From: the human T2T-CHM13v2.0 reference genome, Homo sapiens
Assembly: GCF_009914755.1 (NCBI RefSeq)
Contig: NC_060928.1
DNA: 64,000 nucleotides
Reading direction: 5' to 3' (one strand)
The notes beneath the pieces were generated by a model that had not been told where the DNA came from, did no database searches, and was given only the letters and a program-made list of their open reading frames with translations. Of the stretch, positions 13,001 to 26,934 are shown piece after piece. Position numbers and translations under genes: made by a program. Numbering within the stretch: position 1 is the first letter of the stretch; every line of letters starts with the position of its first letter.

Positions 13001-15314
13001 GGTTTCTGTCCTTAGTATTTTTAAACTCTCCAACTATTATTAAGTCACCAGTATTCACCTTAAATAATGAAGCATTTTAATAAAATAACTGCGTATCTTT
13101 ACTGTAAACCAGTCTTCTCAGGAAGTGCAAAATGAAATACAACGGTATAAATACTTTTGCGTAAGCTGAAAGAATGACATAAGGAACAATATTATTCACA
13201 AGGTACCATTTCTATTACGTAACAGAAAGGTGCTGGATATGTAGATGGAGGGAAACATCTCATTTTCTTGATCCAATAAAATTGATTTGGAAACTATTGA
13301 TACTGAACCACACCACAAGACTCACTCAAAAGCTCTGTATTGTTTTACTTTTAAAGGAAAAATATTTGGTGAAGGCTAAGTTGGCATGCTGGGAGGAGTT
13401 GGAACAAGAGCATCATTGGCAGGCTGCATAATAATGAATTGGTTCCTACAGAAATGAAATTGCTACTGCTGTTTTTGCCATCTACAATTAAAAATGACAA
13501 GTATTGAGAACAGCGTCATTAAGAAGAGTCTGATTAGAGAAGTTTCCAAGCTTTAGGAGTTGTTATTGGATGGTATCCTGGTTGGTATACGAAAGGCTTT
13601 TTTTAAGTCAGAAAAGTAGGAGCATCTAAAATAGAGCTATTTTAAATTCCTTAACTTAAGAACATAATCACAGGGATTTATGCATTATCAACAAGAATGC
13701 ATAATTAAATAGAGGATAACATTTTACCGATGATAATTTCCGAACATCATAGATTGCTTAATTATAAATAATTTCATATCTATTTGTAACCAAAATGGCT
13801 TTTGAGAATTATTTGTATGATTTTTGTAAACAAATCACTGTCTTATTTTCTTATCATGAGCATGAAAAAAGTTTCTAATAGGCTTTTGTTTCAACCTGAG
13901 GGTGTATTCCCACCTATACCTCATGTAAGTTTTGAAACTTTATGAAAAATCATAATTCTTTCCCATTTTCAGAACTTAGAACATTTACTAGTTTTTAGAA
14001 CGGTATTAGGTGCTACATTTTCACTTTGGGCTAAATAAGTGAACCTGAAGATCAAATGTTCAAATAAAATACGACAAGTGGGTGTTAAATAATGAAAAAG
14101 ATATTCTTGTGGAGCTTTTCACAGAGAGATGATCCAGGCTGAACGTGTGTCCCCAGTGATGGTGAGAACCGTGGGACTGCTGCCTAACATCTGCAGGGTG
14201 TCATAAAAAGCCTCACTAAGGCGCATCGTTCCAAATGAATACCGTATGGGTCACTTGCAGGCTATGTTAAGTAAACAATAAAAAATTTAAAACAAACAGC
14301 CACAAAGACAGAGGAATGCTGAGGAAGGGAAGCAGATGAGTTATTTTGAAGAGACTCCTAACATGACTAATCCCTGCCAGGGGATAGCCTCTCAAGGTAT
14401 ATTGCAGCCAGTCCCTCCCATCTCTAAAGTAGGAACAAAAGAAGTGCAATCATCAAAACCATCGTGTTGACATACTTGAAGTGGAAAATTATCCAAATTA
14501 TCTAATGTTGTAAGGGGAGGTTAGAATATGTAGTCTCTAAAGTCACTTTGAACTTGACAAGTATTTGAATCATTGTGTTATGCTACAATATCGTGTAGGG
14601 TTCACAAAATGTCCTAGCTCCTCTGGAGGTGTTTCTTTTCTTCCATGTAGGAAGAAAGCCAAATAGTCTTTCTCCCAGTGCCATCCTTTCTGAACAGATT
14701 TGGTGGTTCTTTAAGGTAGATTTGCCCATCATTTTGGGTAACATATGGGGTGCGTAAAAATGAATAGAGAATATTCAGTAGCTTATTTTAGGATCTACAG
14801 CAATTTGTATCCTAGAAATTAGAAAAGCTAATGATGACAAAATACACAGATGGATCCAAAGCAGTCAGGTTAAAAAAAAGTTTGGATTTGCACATGCTAT
14901 TTCATTTCTAATTTCAGGACTGGTATTACAAACAAGCAATTTCCCCAGTGACCTTTCTTCTTTCTGCACTCCTGCCCGGGCCTTGGAACATGTTTTCTAT
15001 CTTCACCAATATTCAGAGCTTTTCTTTGCCATACTTTGACTGTAGAGATTTTCTGCCCATTATCTTACCCTATGCTTTCCAAGGTATATAGCGACAAGCT
15101 AGTCAAGTAAACCTGGTCATTCTGATGAGCCTGTATACTGGCAACAGCAATAAGTATGTGTTTCAATCATATGTTTTTAATGCTGAAGTCTTCAGCCCAG
15201 AGAAAAAGGAGAGGGATTTTGAAGATCTCCAAGTAAGTATGACAATGTATAATTGTCTAAGCAAAATCCCTGCAAATGACAAGGTTCTGACATCCTTAGC
15301 TTAGTGAAAATTTT

Positions 15315-15465
15315 AATTAATTCATTTAATAAACATTCATAGAGTACCTACTCATAGAGTCACACAATGTCATAGTTTGGGGATACTGCCTTACCCAAAA
15401 TAGGCAAAAATCCTGGCCGTTGCGGAGCTTAAAATCTAGTGAAGGTAACAGACAATAAACAAGAC
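15315..15465 (-). mobile_element. L2 3' end fragment
   Basis: ttcatttaataaacattcatagagtaccta...ggggatac...ggagcttaaaatctagtg...gacaataaacaa. Confidence 0.6.
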
Positions 15466-15912
15466 TTCTAAAAGCAGATAATCAACATATATGAAACTAC
15501 ATATAAACTTCACATACATTTGGACAGTAATTAAGAGATAAATTATGATGCTTGTAACTTTTTAAATCAATCTTTAATTAAAGGAATAAATACCCTCAAT
15601 TCCATTTTCCCCTGTTTAACATTATTAGAAGCAGAGCAAGAGGAGCAAATGTTGGTAGTAAAACTCCAAGTGTTTAGAAAACATATCCCAGCATTTGAAG
15701 ACATTAATTAATTAATTAATGCTATAGTTGTTCAGTACCAGCTACTATCTGCCAGGTTCTATGCTTGAGTTGAGCTATGGACATAGGGTGAATACGAGAA
15801 AAAAAAAATCCCAGGCCTCAAAGGAGATACTCATTGTTTTACTTTTAAAAGCCATTCATAAATCACATTATAGTGTTATTGAAGTGACCAGAGATATTTT
15901 CTTTCTTAAGAA

Positions 15913-16420
15913 AGATGGTGATTTTAAGGTGTGTCCATATTTCTTTGATACGACGTCATTTAGCCATTCAAGAGGTGGAGTCTAACTTCATTCCCATTGG
16001 GTGTGGCCTGGATCTAGTGACTCACTACTAATGGTGTGCAGCTTTAGAGAGTGGGTAATAAAGGGTACTGTGGCTTCCTGCTTGCACCTTGCTCTGTGTT
16101 AGATCATTTGCTCCATGGAAGCCAGCTGTCATGTAATGATGACACTCGAGCCATGATGAGAAACTGAGGCCTCCTGCCAACAGCCACAGGACTGACACAA
16201 CTTGGGAGCAGATCCTCCAGCCCTGGTCAAGCTTTCAGATGGCTCTGGCCCCTGCTGACAGGTTAACTGCTCTCTAATGAGAGATTCTGAGCTAGAGCCA
16301 ACTATCTAAGCTACTCCTAGATTCCCCACCCTCAGAACCAGTGTTGAAATGACCAATGTTTTTGTTTTAAGCTGCTAAATGTTGGGGTAATTTGTTACGC
16401 AGCAATAGATAATGAATGCA
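15913..16420 (+). mobile_element. MLT1 (F/G/H-like) solo LTR
   Basis: tcaagaggtggagtctaac...gaaactgaggcctcctgccaacagcc...gatcctccagccc...ttttaagctgctaaat...ttgttacgcagcaatagataatgaatgca. Confidence 0.85.
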
Positions 16421-16785
16421 ATCACTTTTTTTGGAAGATAGAGAAGGAATAGAACAACAGGAAATGCAATCAGTGTGTGTGTGCAGAGGGAGAGAGAGAA
16501 ACATATAAAGATCAACCCACAGATAAAAACAGAGAGAGAGAATGGGGCTGGGAGAAGCAGGCACAACCCTTGCAGCATGCATATATTTTCTTTTCACATT
16601 ATCACTGGAAGTTACAATCATCATTATGTGGCAACATTTTCTGTAGTTAATGAAAATTACTACATGGATTCCAAAGATAAGAAATAAGAGCGTGAAATTA
16701 TTTGAAAGGTAAATGATGCCCTGTGTCTGCATAGTCACTGCATAAAAGTATTGATTCCAGGAAAGTCTCTTAGGAAGGGTCAATA

Positions 16786-19470
16786 CAGTTAGCCCTTGAA
16801 CAATGCTGGGCTTAGGGGGCACCAACCCTTCACATAGCCAAAAATCTGAGAATAAATTTTCATTCTCCAAATCTTAACTACTAATAGCCTACTGGTGACT
16901 GGAAGCCTTACCAATAACATAAACAGTCAATTAACACATATATTGTATGTTATATATACTTTATACTGTATTTTTACAATAAGGAAAGCTAGAGAAAAGA
17001 AAATATTATTAAGAGCATCATAAGGAAGAGAAAATATATTTACTACTCATTAATAGGTAGTGGATCATCATAAAGGTCTTCATTCTCATTTTCTTCATGT
17101 GGCTGAGGAGCAGGAGGATGAGGAGGGGTTGGTCTTGTAGTCTCTCAAGGGTGGTGGCAGAGGTGGAGGAAGTGAAAGGGAGGCAGGAGAGGAAGGCATA
17201 CTTGGCGGACTTTACTGAAATACATCATAATATCTGTTTTTTGGGTTTTTTTTTTTTTGCTTTTTCATTTCTTTAAAACTTTTGTATAAAGTACCAATCT
17301 TCCTTCCACCATTTGCTTTAGTTTCATATCACATAAAGATCCATGTTGTAAAAGAAGTGAAAAGCAGCCTTGAATAATCAGAACCCTTCTGCTAGATTGT
17401 CTAATATCAACTTATTTTCTGGTACTGCTTCTTCTCTGTCTTTTTTTATTATCTGGCACTGGTTTGGAAGTGCTCATCTCCATCAAGTCCTCTTCTGTTA
17501 GTTTCTCTGGCATGGTGGCTATTAGCTATTGAATTTCTCCAAGATCTATATCTTGAAATGCTTTACCCTCCATCTTTTTTGCTATATCCATAATATCTTT
17601 CATCATTTCCTTGATTAGCTCTGTCATAAATTCCGTGAAGTCATGTACAACATCTGGGCACAGTTTTCTCCAGCAGGAATTTACTGTTTGAGGCTTGATG
17701 GCTCTCAGGATTTTTTCTATAACAATGATGGCATATTCAATGGTGTAATTCTTCCAAACCTTTATAATGTTCTCTCTATGGAGGTTCTCTTCCATATCAT
17801 TGACAATCTTTACCATAGAGGACTATGTTTAATGAGCCTTAAAGGTCTTAATGACACCTGATCTAGAGACTGAATTACAGATGTTGTGTTTGGGGGCAAG
17901 TTGACCACTTTGACACCTTCGGTGTTGAACTTATGGGGTTCTGGGTGGCCAGCAACATTGTTCAATAAAAAAAGAACTTTAAAAGGCAGTCCCTTTTTGG
18001 CAAGGTACTTCCTGACTTTAGGGACAAAGCATCAATGAAACCAATTCACAAAAGGGGTTCTCTTTGCTCAGGCATTATTGTTTACAAACAAAAGACTGTC
18101 AGCTGATGTTTTTCTTTTTCCTTCAAGGATCAGGGGTTAACTGCTTTATAGATAAGGGCAGTTCCAGTCATAACCCTGACTGCATTTGCGTGAAAAACTG
18201 GAGTTAGCCTATTCCTCCCTCCCTTAATTGCTGGAGCTCACTTCTCTTCCTTACCAGTAAATTTCCTTTGCGGCATTTCTTCGTTCCCAGACTAGGTCAC
18301 TTTTGTCTGCATTAAAAACTTGTTCAGGCAGATATTGTTTCTTCTCAATGATTTTCTTAATGGAGTCTGGACACTGTTGCCACCTGGTCAACTGAAGCTG
18401 CTTCTCCTGTTATCTTGACTTTTAAAATCTTTCTAAAATTATCGAACCATCCTTTGCTGGTATTAAATTCTTCAGCTTCAGATCTTTCACCTTCCTTTTG
18501 GTTTAGGTTGTCATACAATGTCTTCATTTTTTTCTCAAATCATATGTGAGTCAAAAGTATGCCTTTCTTATAATAACCCTGCACCCACATAAAGGCTGCA
18601 TTTTCAGTACAAGATAAAAATGTATTTTGCAAAAAGTACAAGGTTTTCATGCCTGCTAGCATAACTGCAGTGACGGTTTCACATATTTCCTTTCTTTTTT
18701 TTACAATCGTCCTTAAACTGTATTCATTTATCTTGAAATGATGGGAAATTGCAGCTGCAGGCCTCAAGCTATGGTATATATCATGCAAGTCAACTATCCC
18801 TTGTAATGTCATGACTTTTTTTCTGCTTCTTGGGAGCACTTTCAGCATTACTAGTGGCACTTCATGTAGGTCCCATGGTGTTAATCAAAGTTTACTGTAT
18901 TGCACTAAACAAGAAAATAAACATGTGGGAACCCAGAGACATCACTTTTACCGTGGTACACAATTTACTGGAGAGACAAATGGCTCATGCAGATATAAAT
19001 AGCATCAAAGAGTGTTTTTAGTGGATCTTTTAACACTGGAGCTCACTGCAATAGCAACAGGAGGTGGCTACACCATTATTACAGTATGTACTAAGGTGAA
19101 TTTTATGCAGCTATTATTTAATACTGCATCTTTATGTTCGTTTACATTTCTTTGGATTGCAAATAGTACTATGCACAGACTGTATTTGTGCACATAAGTT
19201 TTGATATATTTTATGTTTTTCGAATGGGTTTGTGTATATTTTATGATAGTAAATGATAAAATAGACTAGTATGTATGTATACTTTTTACATTCATTACAT
19301 ACCTAACTTTATCTTAATTTTTTCTACATTTCTAGGCTACTCGAGTTCACCTGCAATGTTTTCCAAATTGCTACAATCTCCAAAAATGTTTTTCCATATA
19401 TTTATTTTTTAAAAATCCAAGTATAAGTTAACCCACTTAGTTCAAACGCATGTTGTTCAAGGGTCAAATG
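16786..19470 (-). mobile_element. Full-length Tigger2 DNA transposon (TcMar-Tigger/pogo)
   Basis: TIRs CAGTTAGCCCTTGAACAA (16786) and TTGTTCAAGGGTCAAATG (ends 19470); TA at 16784-16785 and 19471-19472; about 2.7 kb; transposase remnants inside. Confidence 0.93.
17400..18860 (-). pseudogene. Decayed Tigger2 transposase
   Basis: ORF 18540-18860 (RKKVMTLQ...HHFKINEYSLRTIVKK, CENP-B/psq-like HTH) and ORF 17526-17816 (KVWKNYTIEYAI...NSCWRKLCPD, C-terminal part of the DDE region), broken by stops and frameshifts. Confidence 0.88.
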
Positions 19471-22229
19471 TATTTTAAAAAGAAGAATAAATGAACAAAT
19501 TAACATGGTTCTGTTGATCAGTTTACCTTGGGTTACCTGGTCGACAGAGAATGGACGGCACCATGAGTATACAACATCTGGGAAGGAGATAGGGACTGTG
19601 CCTGTGAATGAGATATAGCCTTGGAAGGGGCAGCCCACCTTGAGTAGCTCTAGTGTTGGGGGAGAGGGGCAGGTAGTGGACAATAAAGGGCAGAGTGAAG
19701 AGTCAGAAAAAAATAGCAGTATGTGATGGCAATAAACTTAAGCGTGAACAAAGTGCACACTCAAAAGGCTATTGCAAAATGCTTTTGAAATAAGTCAGAT
19801 GCACATCAAAGTTTATACTTAACAAGCATTTATAACTAGAGGAGGAAAAGAAGCAACATTTTGATTTGATAAATATTTTTAAACGATAAAGAAAAGCCAT
19901 TTCTCACGAGCCTGAATTACTCTCGTGGTCTATTTGCTTAGCTAAGCAGAAATTACTAATTATTCATTTTAATTTGTAAGGGTTTCCTTGATAAAAACAA
20001 AAAAGAAGTATGAAATATTTAATTTTTCAACAAGATTAATGGTACTGAAAAAGTTCTAGCCATCATGAGTGTCAGGATATACTTTTGAAGTTTTTTATCC
20101 TTATGAAAGAAAAAAAAATCCAAGGATGGAAATCACTATCCAAGTAAAATGAGCCTAAATTAGGAAATTTGGAAATATCCTTCATGCAACTTCTTAAATT
20201 TAAATATAGGAAGATTGGCTGGAACTTAAAATTCCTTATTTCTATGAGGGCGGGGTGGGGGTGGTAAGCCGTTACTGAGAAGGCTGGAATTAAAAGTAGA
20301 AAAAATGATTTTCCTTGGAAATGGTGATTTTTGTTTGAAATTGGATGAATAAAAATAACCTAAATATATTACGCTAAAAGCATAACAATGTGTGGATAAG
20401 TTTTCATGGATTATATACTTCATGTAAGTGTACCAACATGTAATTTACAAGACCTTTGAATGTACTAGGAATAGAAAGATGACACCACTCAAAAAGGTCA
20501 TTAGAAATTACGCAGTGTTTAAATAAAGGGATTTCCTGGGTAAAAGAATATCACAGCAGAGAAAATTAGCCACTGAACACAGCATTTCAGAGATAAACAA
20601 GAAAGCATTCCTGGGAACCTGCAGTTTACATGAGTACTTGGACCCCCCTGACATGCAGTTTACCACACCCTGACCCAAGACTCACTGCCTGTCAACATGG
20701 CCCTCAAATTCATTGATATCATGACATCTTATTGGAAGAGTAATTTTTTTCTTAACACAGTTTGCTTTTCTATATTTTTACGTCAAATTTCCTTTCATGC
20801 ATAGGCATATAGGCACATACATAACTTTAACAGTTTTGAGGGGATGCCCCTGTTAATTTCTTTATGAATCTTAACAGCACGTGATGTAAGGATGAGTTCC
20901 ATAAACGCACTGTCAAAAAACTTTACGCCTGTATGCATTTTGTCTTTTTTTTTTTAAGTCTGATTTCTTTTCTCTTTTTAAATTCCAAATAGCCTTAAAA
21001 CATAGAGTAAGACCAGCTAGGTTAGAGGTATTTTTGGCCTCAAGTGTCTCTGTTAAGTCTGAAAATAAGTCTAGCTGTGCAGAAAGAATCACATTAAGAG
21101 GATGTTTTCTGTTTATTTTGTAAGAATAAGGGCGTGAACTTTTATTTACAGGCTTATTCAAAATTTCCAATGCCCTTGAAATTCAAAAGGATAGATGTGT
21201 GTTAAAATACCCAGTGAAGAAATATCAAACAAGATATTAAAGAGACAAACTAGAAAATATTTCATAACTTCCATTTGATGGCTTTGCTGTATTAATCTGT
21301 ATTATTTTAAAAAATAAGTTTTCCATTTTAAAGTATTTTAATTAATTTGCAGAAGTGTAAATTAAATTCTTCTCATGAAGGAGAAGCCTTTCATTTCACA
21401 TTTCCATCATGAGTTTTAAATTAAAGTGTCCAAAATATTCTTATATGAGATAGATTCAAAGGTATTTAATTGATATGCCCTTTTTGCCACTATCTCCCAG
21501 GTATGAGGATCATGAGGGGGAGAGGAATACTCATCTTTCAACTACATAACTTTTAATTCATTAATGCAATGCAAAGTTGTGTTTTTTAAGTAATAGTTTT
21601 GTCTCATTCTTTTTCATGTATTTAAATATCATCTGTCTTTAAAGTGAGCACATGAAAACCGAGGTAAAAAATGAATGGTTCATTTTATCCTTTGCAGCCT
21701 CATTTCACTGAAGCCTGTTCCCTGTGCTGAGCCCCATGGTACACATATAAATTCACCTTTCAATCATTTGTGTGGGTTAATGACACTGAGTAATAGCACA
21801 TTAGCAAAGTGCCATTCCAGACACCAGCCAGGCATGCCAAACAGATAATCTGACAATCGTTTCAGATTCATTTTCCTCAAACAGAAACACTGTTCAGGCT
21901 TATTAACTGGCAAATTTGCATAAGGCACAATGTAGAGCACAGAGCCTCCATTAAAAGTAGCAATCTGTCTCATTAATGTAATTTACAAGGATATTTGGCC
22001 CGTTCTATTGTTGTAAAATCTAAAAAAAAAAAAAATGTGTTCCTGTTCAACAAAGCTGTCGTTTATTTGTAGCAAATTTTTATCATATCCCTTATGCTCC
22101 ACTGAAATAAAAAGATCACAAATTAGTTAATAATGAAACTGTTACTCAAATATCTTATACCTTGCTCCCAACAGTACAGGGCATTTGGAATTTAACTCCT
22201 AATGTGTTCCTCAAAATCTAACCTCATGA

Positions 22230-22720
22230 TACACTCACCCAAGGGTAATTCATGCCAACTCTTCTTTTGTGTTTTGACTTTCTACTCAAAAGTTTCGTTA
22301 CAACTTCCTCTTGGAATGTGTGATTAGGGACAATTATACTGAAAATATCTGCAACCTGATTTTAATCAATTGCTTAGATTTTGATTACAAAACCAAAGAT
22401 ACAATAGCTTAAGATTTCTGCCATATCTTCATCCATGGTAACCTGGGGTCCTGTTTTATTTTTACATCTGTGAATGGAAAGCTTAAGTTCCCACTTTGTA
22501 GTTAAGCAATCTGTTCTCTTTTTGTCTCTTGAGAGCTTGCTGCTTCTTTGTATTTTATGAACAATGTGTTGTATCCTTTTCTCTTTTTTGCTGAGAAATT
22601 TGCCTGCATTTATCTTTAGACTTTGTGATAAGAGCAAATTCCACTTAAAATTGATCTGTCCTTTACAATGGTTAAATTTTCTTTCATGTTGTCCTGATAC
22701 AGGTATAATCCATGGTAAAT
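22230..22720 (-). mobile_element. Probable ancient CR1/L3 LINE ORF2 fossil
   Basis: Minus-strand translation gives, in order, WNLLLSQSLKINAGKF, KNKTGPQVTMDEDMAEILSYCIFGFV and QEEVVTKLLSRKSKHK...YPWV, resembling CR1 ORF2 linker motifs (LELNLARDVKxNKKGF / GPLxVTxDxEKAExLNxFFxSVF / EExVxxxLxxLxxxKxxGPDxxxPxV). Confidence 0.45.
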
Positions 22721-23409
22721 TGAAGTGTGTTATTCTTAAGTATCTTATTTGCAAAAAGGCTATCATAAGATGAAGTTTTATTAGAGATGGTCACACACAG
22801 GCAGATTTTCAGTCAGTGACCTATGTGGAATTTAGTCAAGAAACATTAAGATCTCCACTCCTCTGTGCCATGTTCCAAGTCTAACACCACTTGCACTAAA
22901 AACTTCTACAGAGGGGAGATGGTAGCTATAAATGACTTAATTATGAGAGACCAGCACAGTTTCAGAAGGATGGAATTTTGGAAGAGAAGTGTTTGTTAGG
23001 ATAATAGTTTCCACCTGATTTCAAGGTCCAAATCCCTGAGATAGATCACAGGGCCTTCTAACATTGGTAAGCTATAATCACAAAACATGTTTTTCTTCAG
23101 CCTTCAATTTTCTCTGTGTGGAGACAGTGATATTTCATATAATCAAATTCCTTGCTTATATCACCTAAACTTTCAATGATAAATTCTTCCTTCAATGATT
23201 CTATACTTGATATTTTCCTTTCATTCAGAAAGCATTAGTATTATTTTTTCCCATTTTGTCTATATTGCACAAAAATGTGATTGCATTTCTCAGAGCCAAT
23301 TTGCCTTCTGTGACTGTCCCACTGCCACAAAGTTGAGATGGAATCAAACCAGGCTTGAGACATACACACACACGTGTGTGAGTTTTATTATACATTGTCA
23401 TACATGTAA

Positions 23410-23703
<294 letters not shown>

Positions 23704-23854
23704 TATGGTACATATAATTTTAAAAGACACTGACTAACTTGTTAAAAACTAATACCTTTGGGACCAGATAATGTGGAAACAGAAATACAATTATATGCAA
23801 ACAAAGAATAAAATAAACATAACGGAGAATAATAAAAACTTAGACATGCATGCA

Positions 23855-24030
23855 TTATAATGTAGAGCTCTTTGAATTTTACAAATTGTAACCATTATTC
23901 ATCCAGCACATAGATCAAGAAAGAGATTTTACCAGAATTCCAGAAGCCTGTCTTGTGCTGTCTTCCAGTCACTACTCACCACCCTATGCATAACCACTCT
24001 TCTGACTTCTAACACCACAGATGACTCTTT
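23855..24030 (-). mobile_element. Old L1 (L1ME-like) 3' fragment
   Basis: ccagcacatagatcaagaaa...ccagaagcctg...ttccagtcactac...taaccactcttctgacttctaacacc. Confidence 0.6.
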
Positions 24031-24384
24031 CCACAGTTTTAAGACTTTTTATGTTCACTTTACAGTGCCTTGGTATGAAATAAATATCAATTACCCTATA
24101 CCATCAAGCACGTTTATATTGATCTTCTCCCCTTGCTTGCACCACTTCATCCCAGAGAGCCCACTTGCCAGAGCCTGCTATGTAGTCTAACAAGCAGCTC
24201 CATCTATGAGTGGTCCTAGGGTTCTACCTCCTGCTTCATTCACTTTTAGCTTAGGTCAAATGCCTCAACTTTCCCAATGATGAAGGGATAATCTAGTCTT
24301 AAATTAAGGGGTGTCTTTATACTCTCTCCTCTTGACTAAGATGATGAAAACCACTGGGGACCCCATGAAAGATCCACATTATTG

Positions 24385-24580
24385 AAGGGAACATGTGAGA
24401 ACACGGAATCTGAATCCAAGACCCATTTTGGGTCTTACTTAATTCATTACTTGGGAAATTGGGAAATTGAAGTTGCTTCAATTTCCCAATTTACAAAGGG
24501 AGGGTAATAATAACACCCAATTTTTAAAGGGTTGCTGAGAGAATTCAATGATGGCGTATATTAAAAACAACCAGTGCTAA
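24385..24580 (+). mobile_element. MIR
   Basis: gcttcaatttcccaatttacaaagggagggtaataataacac...gggttgctgagagaattcaatga. Confidence 0.6.
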
Positions 24581-24632
24581 TGACTCTTCAGTTGATGGAT
24601 CCTCTCTCTTTGCTTCTGTCCTGTGACAGTCA

Positions 24633-24682
24633 GGAGAGAAAGACAGACAGATAGACAGACAGATGGATAGATAGATAGATAT
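24633..24682 (+). repeat. Compound (AGAC/AGAT)n tetranucleotide repeat
   Basis: agacagacagatagacagacagatggatagatagatagatat. Confidence 0.85.
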
Positions 24683-25894
24683 TTGAAATAGATATATATT
24701 CAAAATATAAAGTCAGAAGACATCCAGAATAAAAGATATTTTGCATGACCAGAACAATTAAGTCCATTGCCCCTTTAAACTCACAAAAAAGGGTTTTAAA
24801 AATAAGTTCTCCCATACTAAAACAAACAGCTACCCACCTGGGAAAACTTACTGCTAAACATCACATGTCAGCTTTTCCTATCTTTTAGCAAAATAATTTA
24901 AAAATAAATCTGTTTCTGGCATAAGCCTGAATAAAAACTATTACCAAATCATTCATTACCTAAATACACAAGCTGTCTAATGATAATCAGCAGGTCCTCG
25001 CTACATCTTATGACAATAAAGTGTTTTCAAAAGCTCACATAATTATGTCAGGCACACATTATGCTTACCTGCATTATTATAAAATATCAAGTACTGGTCA
25101 ACATTCCCAGTTAGATAAGTAAATATTTTGGAATGAAGACCATATGATGAACTGTAATAACTTAACGGGCCCATTTTGTTCACTATGATTAATATTCACT
25201 CAAGTCAGTTTGTTCAACTCCTTACTTCAAATATATCATTTGATCTAACTCCATTTCTTGGCCTTTCCTTTTAAACACATCCTTTCTAGAATGAGAGAAC
25301 TTCCCTCTGGGCTCATTGCAGATTGCTCCATTAATGAGCCCTATTTTCAGTGGTTAGTCATGCTCTCTCTCTTCAGATCTCTGATACATGGATTAGCTTC
25401 TCGGTAAATATTTCTGTTTGAAAGCAGTTGGCCTCCAGTCTTTGTAAAGTCTTAAAAAGCCTGGCATCTACCATCTCCACAGGGTACTTTGCAGTCATAA
25501 AAGGAATGTCACAGTTTGGGGATGACAGACTGAGCTATTTTTTTCTCCCCAGAAGGTGACAGTAGATTATAGATGAAATATTGCACAAATTACATAACCA
25601 AATAAAATATAACTTTTTAGAACTGGGGTGTCCTTTAGTTTTTTTCGGAGAAGACTTCCTTTGTCCCTATTACCTTTGCTAAATTTAAAAACACGAATTC
25701 ATATTTTGTGATAGTTTCCAAAATATTGTTCGTTCTGTTCTGACACAGAATTTCAAATATTTCTGAAAAAACAATGCTGCTTTGAAGAAAGGCATGCAAC
25801 TACTTCAAATAATAAAATTTATAGTTGTTTAGTATTAAATAATACATATTATTGCAGTAAGAATTTGTCCATTTTTTTTGCTTGTTTAAACTTC

Positions 25895-26035
25895 TTAACT
25901 CTATTAGGTGTATACTATTCTTACTCCCAGTTTACAGATAAGAAAACCAAGGCTAGCAGAGATTAAGTAATTCTTCAGTCACTCATGATTTTTAGCTCAG
26001 GTCTGAATGCCTCCAGGGTCTGTGCTCTTTTCCAC
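25895..26035 (-). mobile_element. MIR fragment
   Basis: cccagtttacagataagaaaaccaaggct...agattaagtaatt...aggtctgaatgcctccag. Confidence 0.65.
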
Positions 26036-26934
26036 AACCTTGTATGGGGAGAAAGAATCTCACACCAAATTCATTCATTTGGACATATCCAGAATCTGAA
26101 TTATGATTGTTTGTGACTATGTGCATGAGTGTGCACGTTTACACACAAAAGACACAAATATGCGACAGAGACAGCAAGAGAAATGGAATGTTCATTTTAA
26201 TGTAAATAAAAATGTCTAAAGATAACCATTAGGATGATTAAATTAGACTGCTTATATATATTGGGAAGGAGAAGATTTTGCCTACTGGCTATGACATATA
26301 TTAGGTTCCCTCTTGAGGTCCTGTTTAGCCAAGTGATTTTCTTATTCCTTTTGTATCATATATATATATAGGCAGGCCACATTTTTGGAAATAAGATTAC
26401 ACGGTGAGGGTTAAACTATATGAAATGATCACAAAATGGATCAGAGGAAAGAAATTGCAACACTGAAGAGATTTCTGATTTCCAGGCCAAAGGCTCAAGT
26501 AATAATAACATATCTAAGAAAAAATGTCAGCCTAATGGGAAATTAATGTGGACTGGAGAAAGGGCCAGCTCTGTGAAACTGAAGTTGGTGGAGCCATTCT
26601 AAGCACTGTCTAAAGGGGAGGGGCACCATTGCCTCCCAGACAGAATTTTTCCTACATGAGATGGAGAGACAAAGTTGTTAGAGCTCAGCAGCTCTGGAAC
26701 CTAAATTACTCTGATGTGCTCATCCCTGTCCATGTTCATTCACCCAGCAGCCTTATAAAAGGGTTGCCTAGTAGACAACATATTAGCCTTTGTTCAGCAA
26801 ACTCCTGTTACATTTAAACTTTCCTACATCCACAATAATGATGTGCGTGTAAAAAGCAGGATTTTCATGAAGAGCCATCTAGACACAGATGCCTTTAGTT
26901 GTTGTCATACTTCAGAGCACAAACTTAAGTATAA

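Noticed and set aside
15702-15721. 20-bp perfect palindrome cattaattaattaattaatg
   Set aside because: (TTAA)n microsatellite at an L2 tail.
16367-16870. 167-aa minus-strand ORF
   Set aside because: Spans the Tigger2 end, low-complexity DNA and an MLT1 end; no coherent protein or splice signals.
25060-25085. Minus-strand CAG|GTAAGC as a recursive splice site
   Set aside because: Upstream tract (ttttataataatg) is too purine-interrupted to support it without data.
25668-25695. 5-nt unit tttAG|CAAAG|GTAATA and similar weak units (about 8010, 32625, 43931)
   Set aside because: Weak tract or donor, or inside a MIR; these illustrate the chance background for microexon-like patterns.
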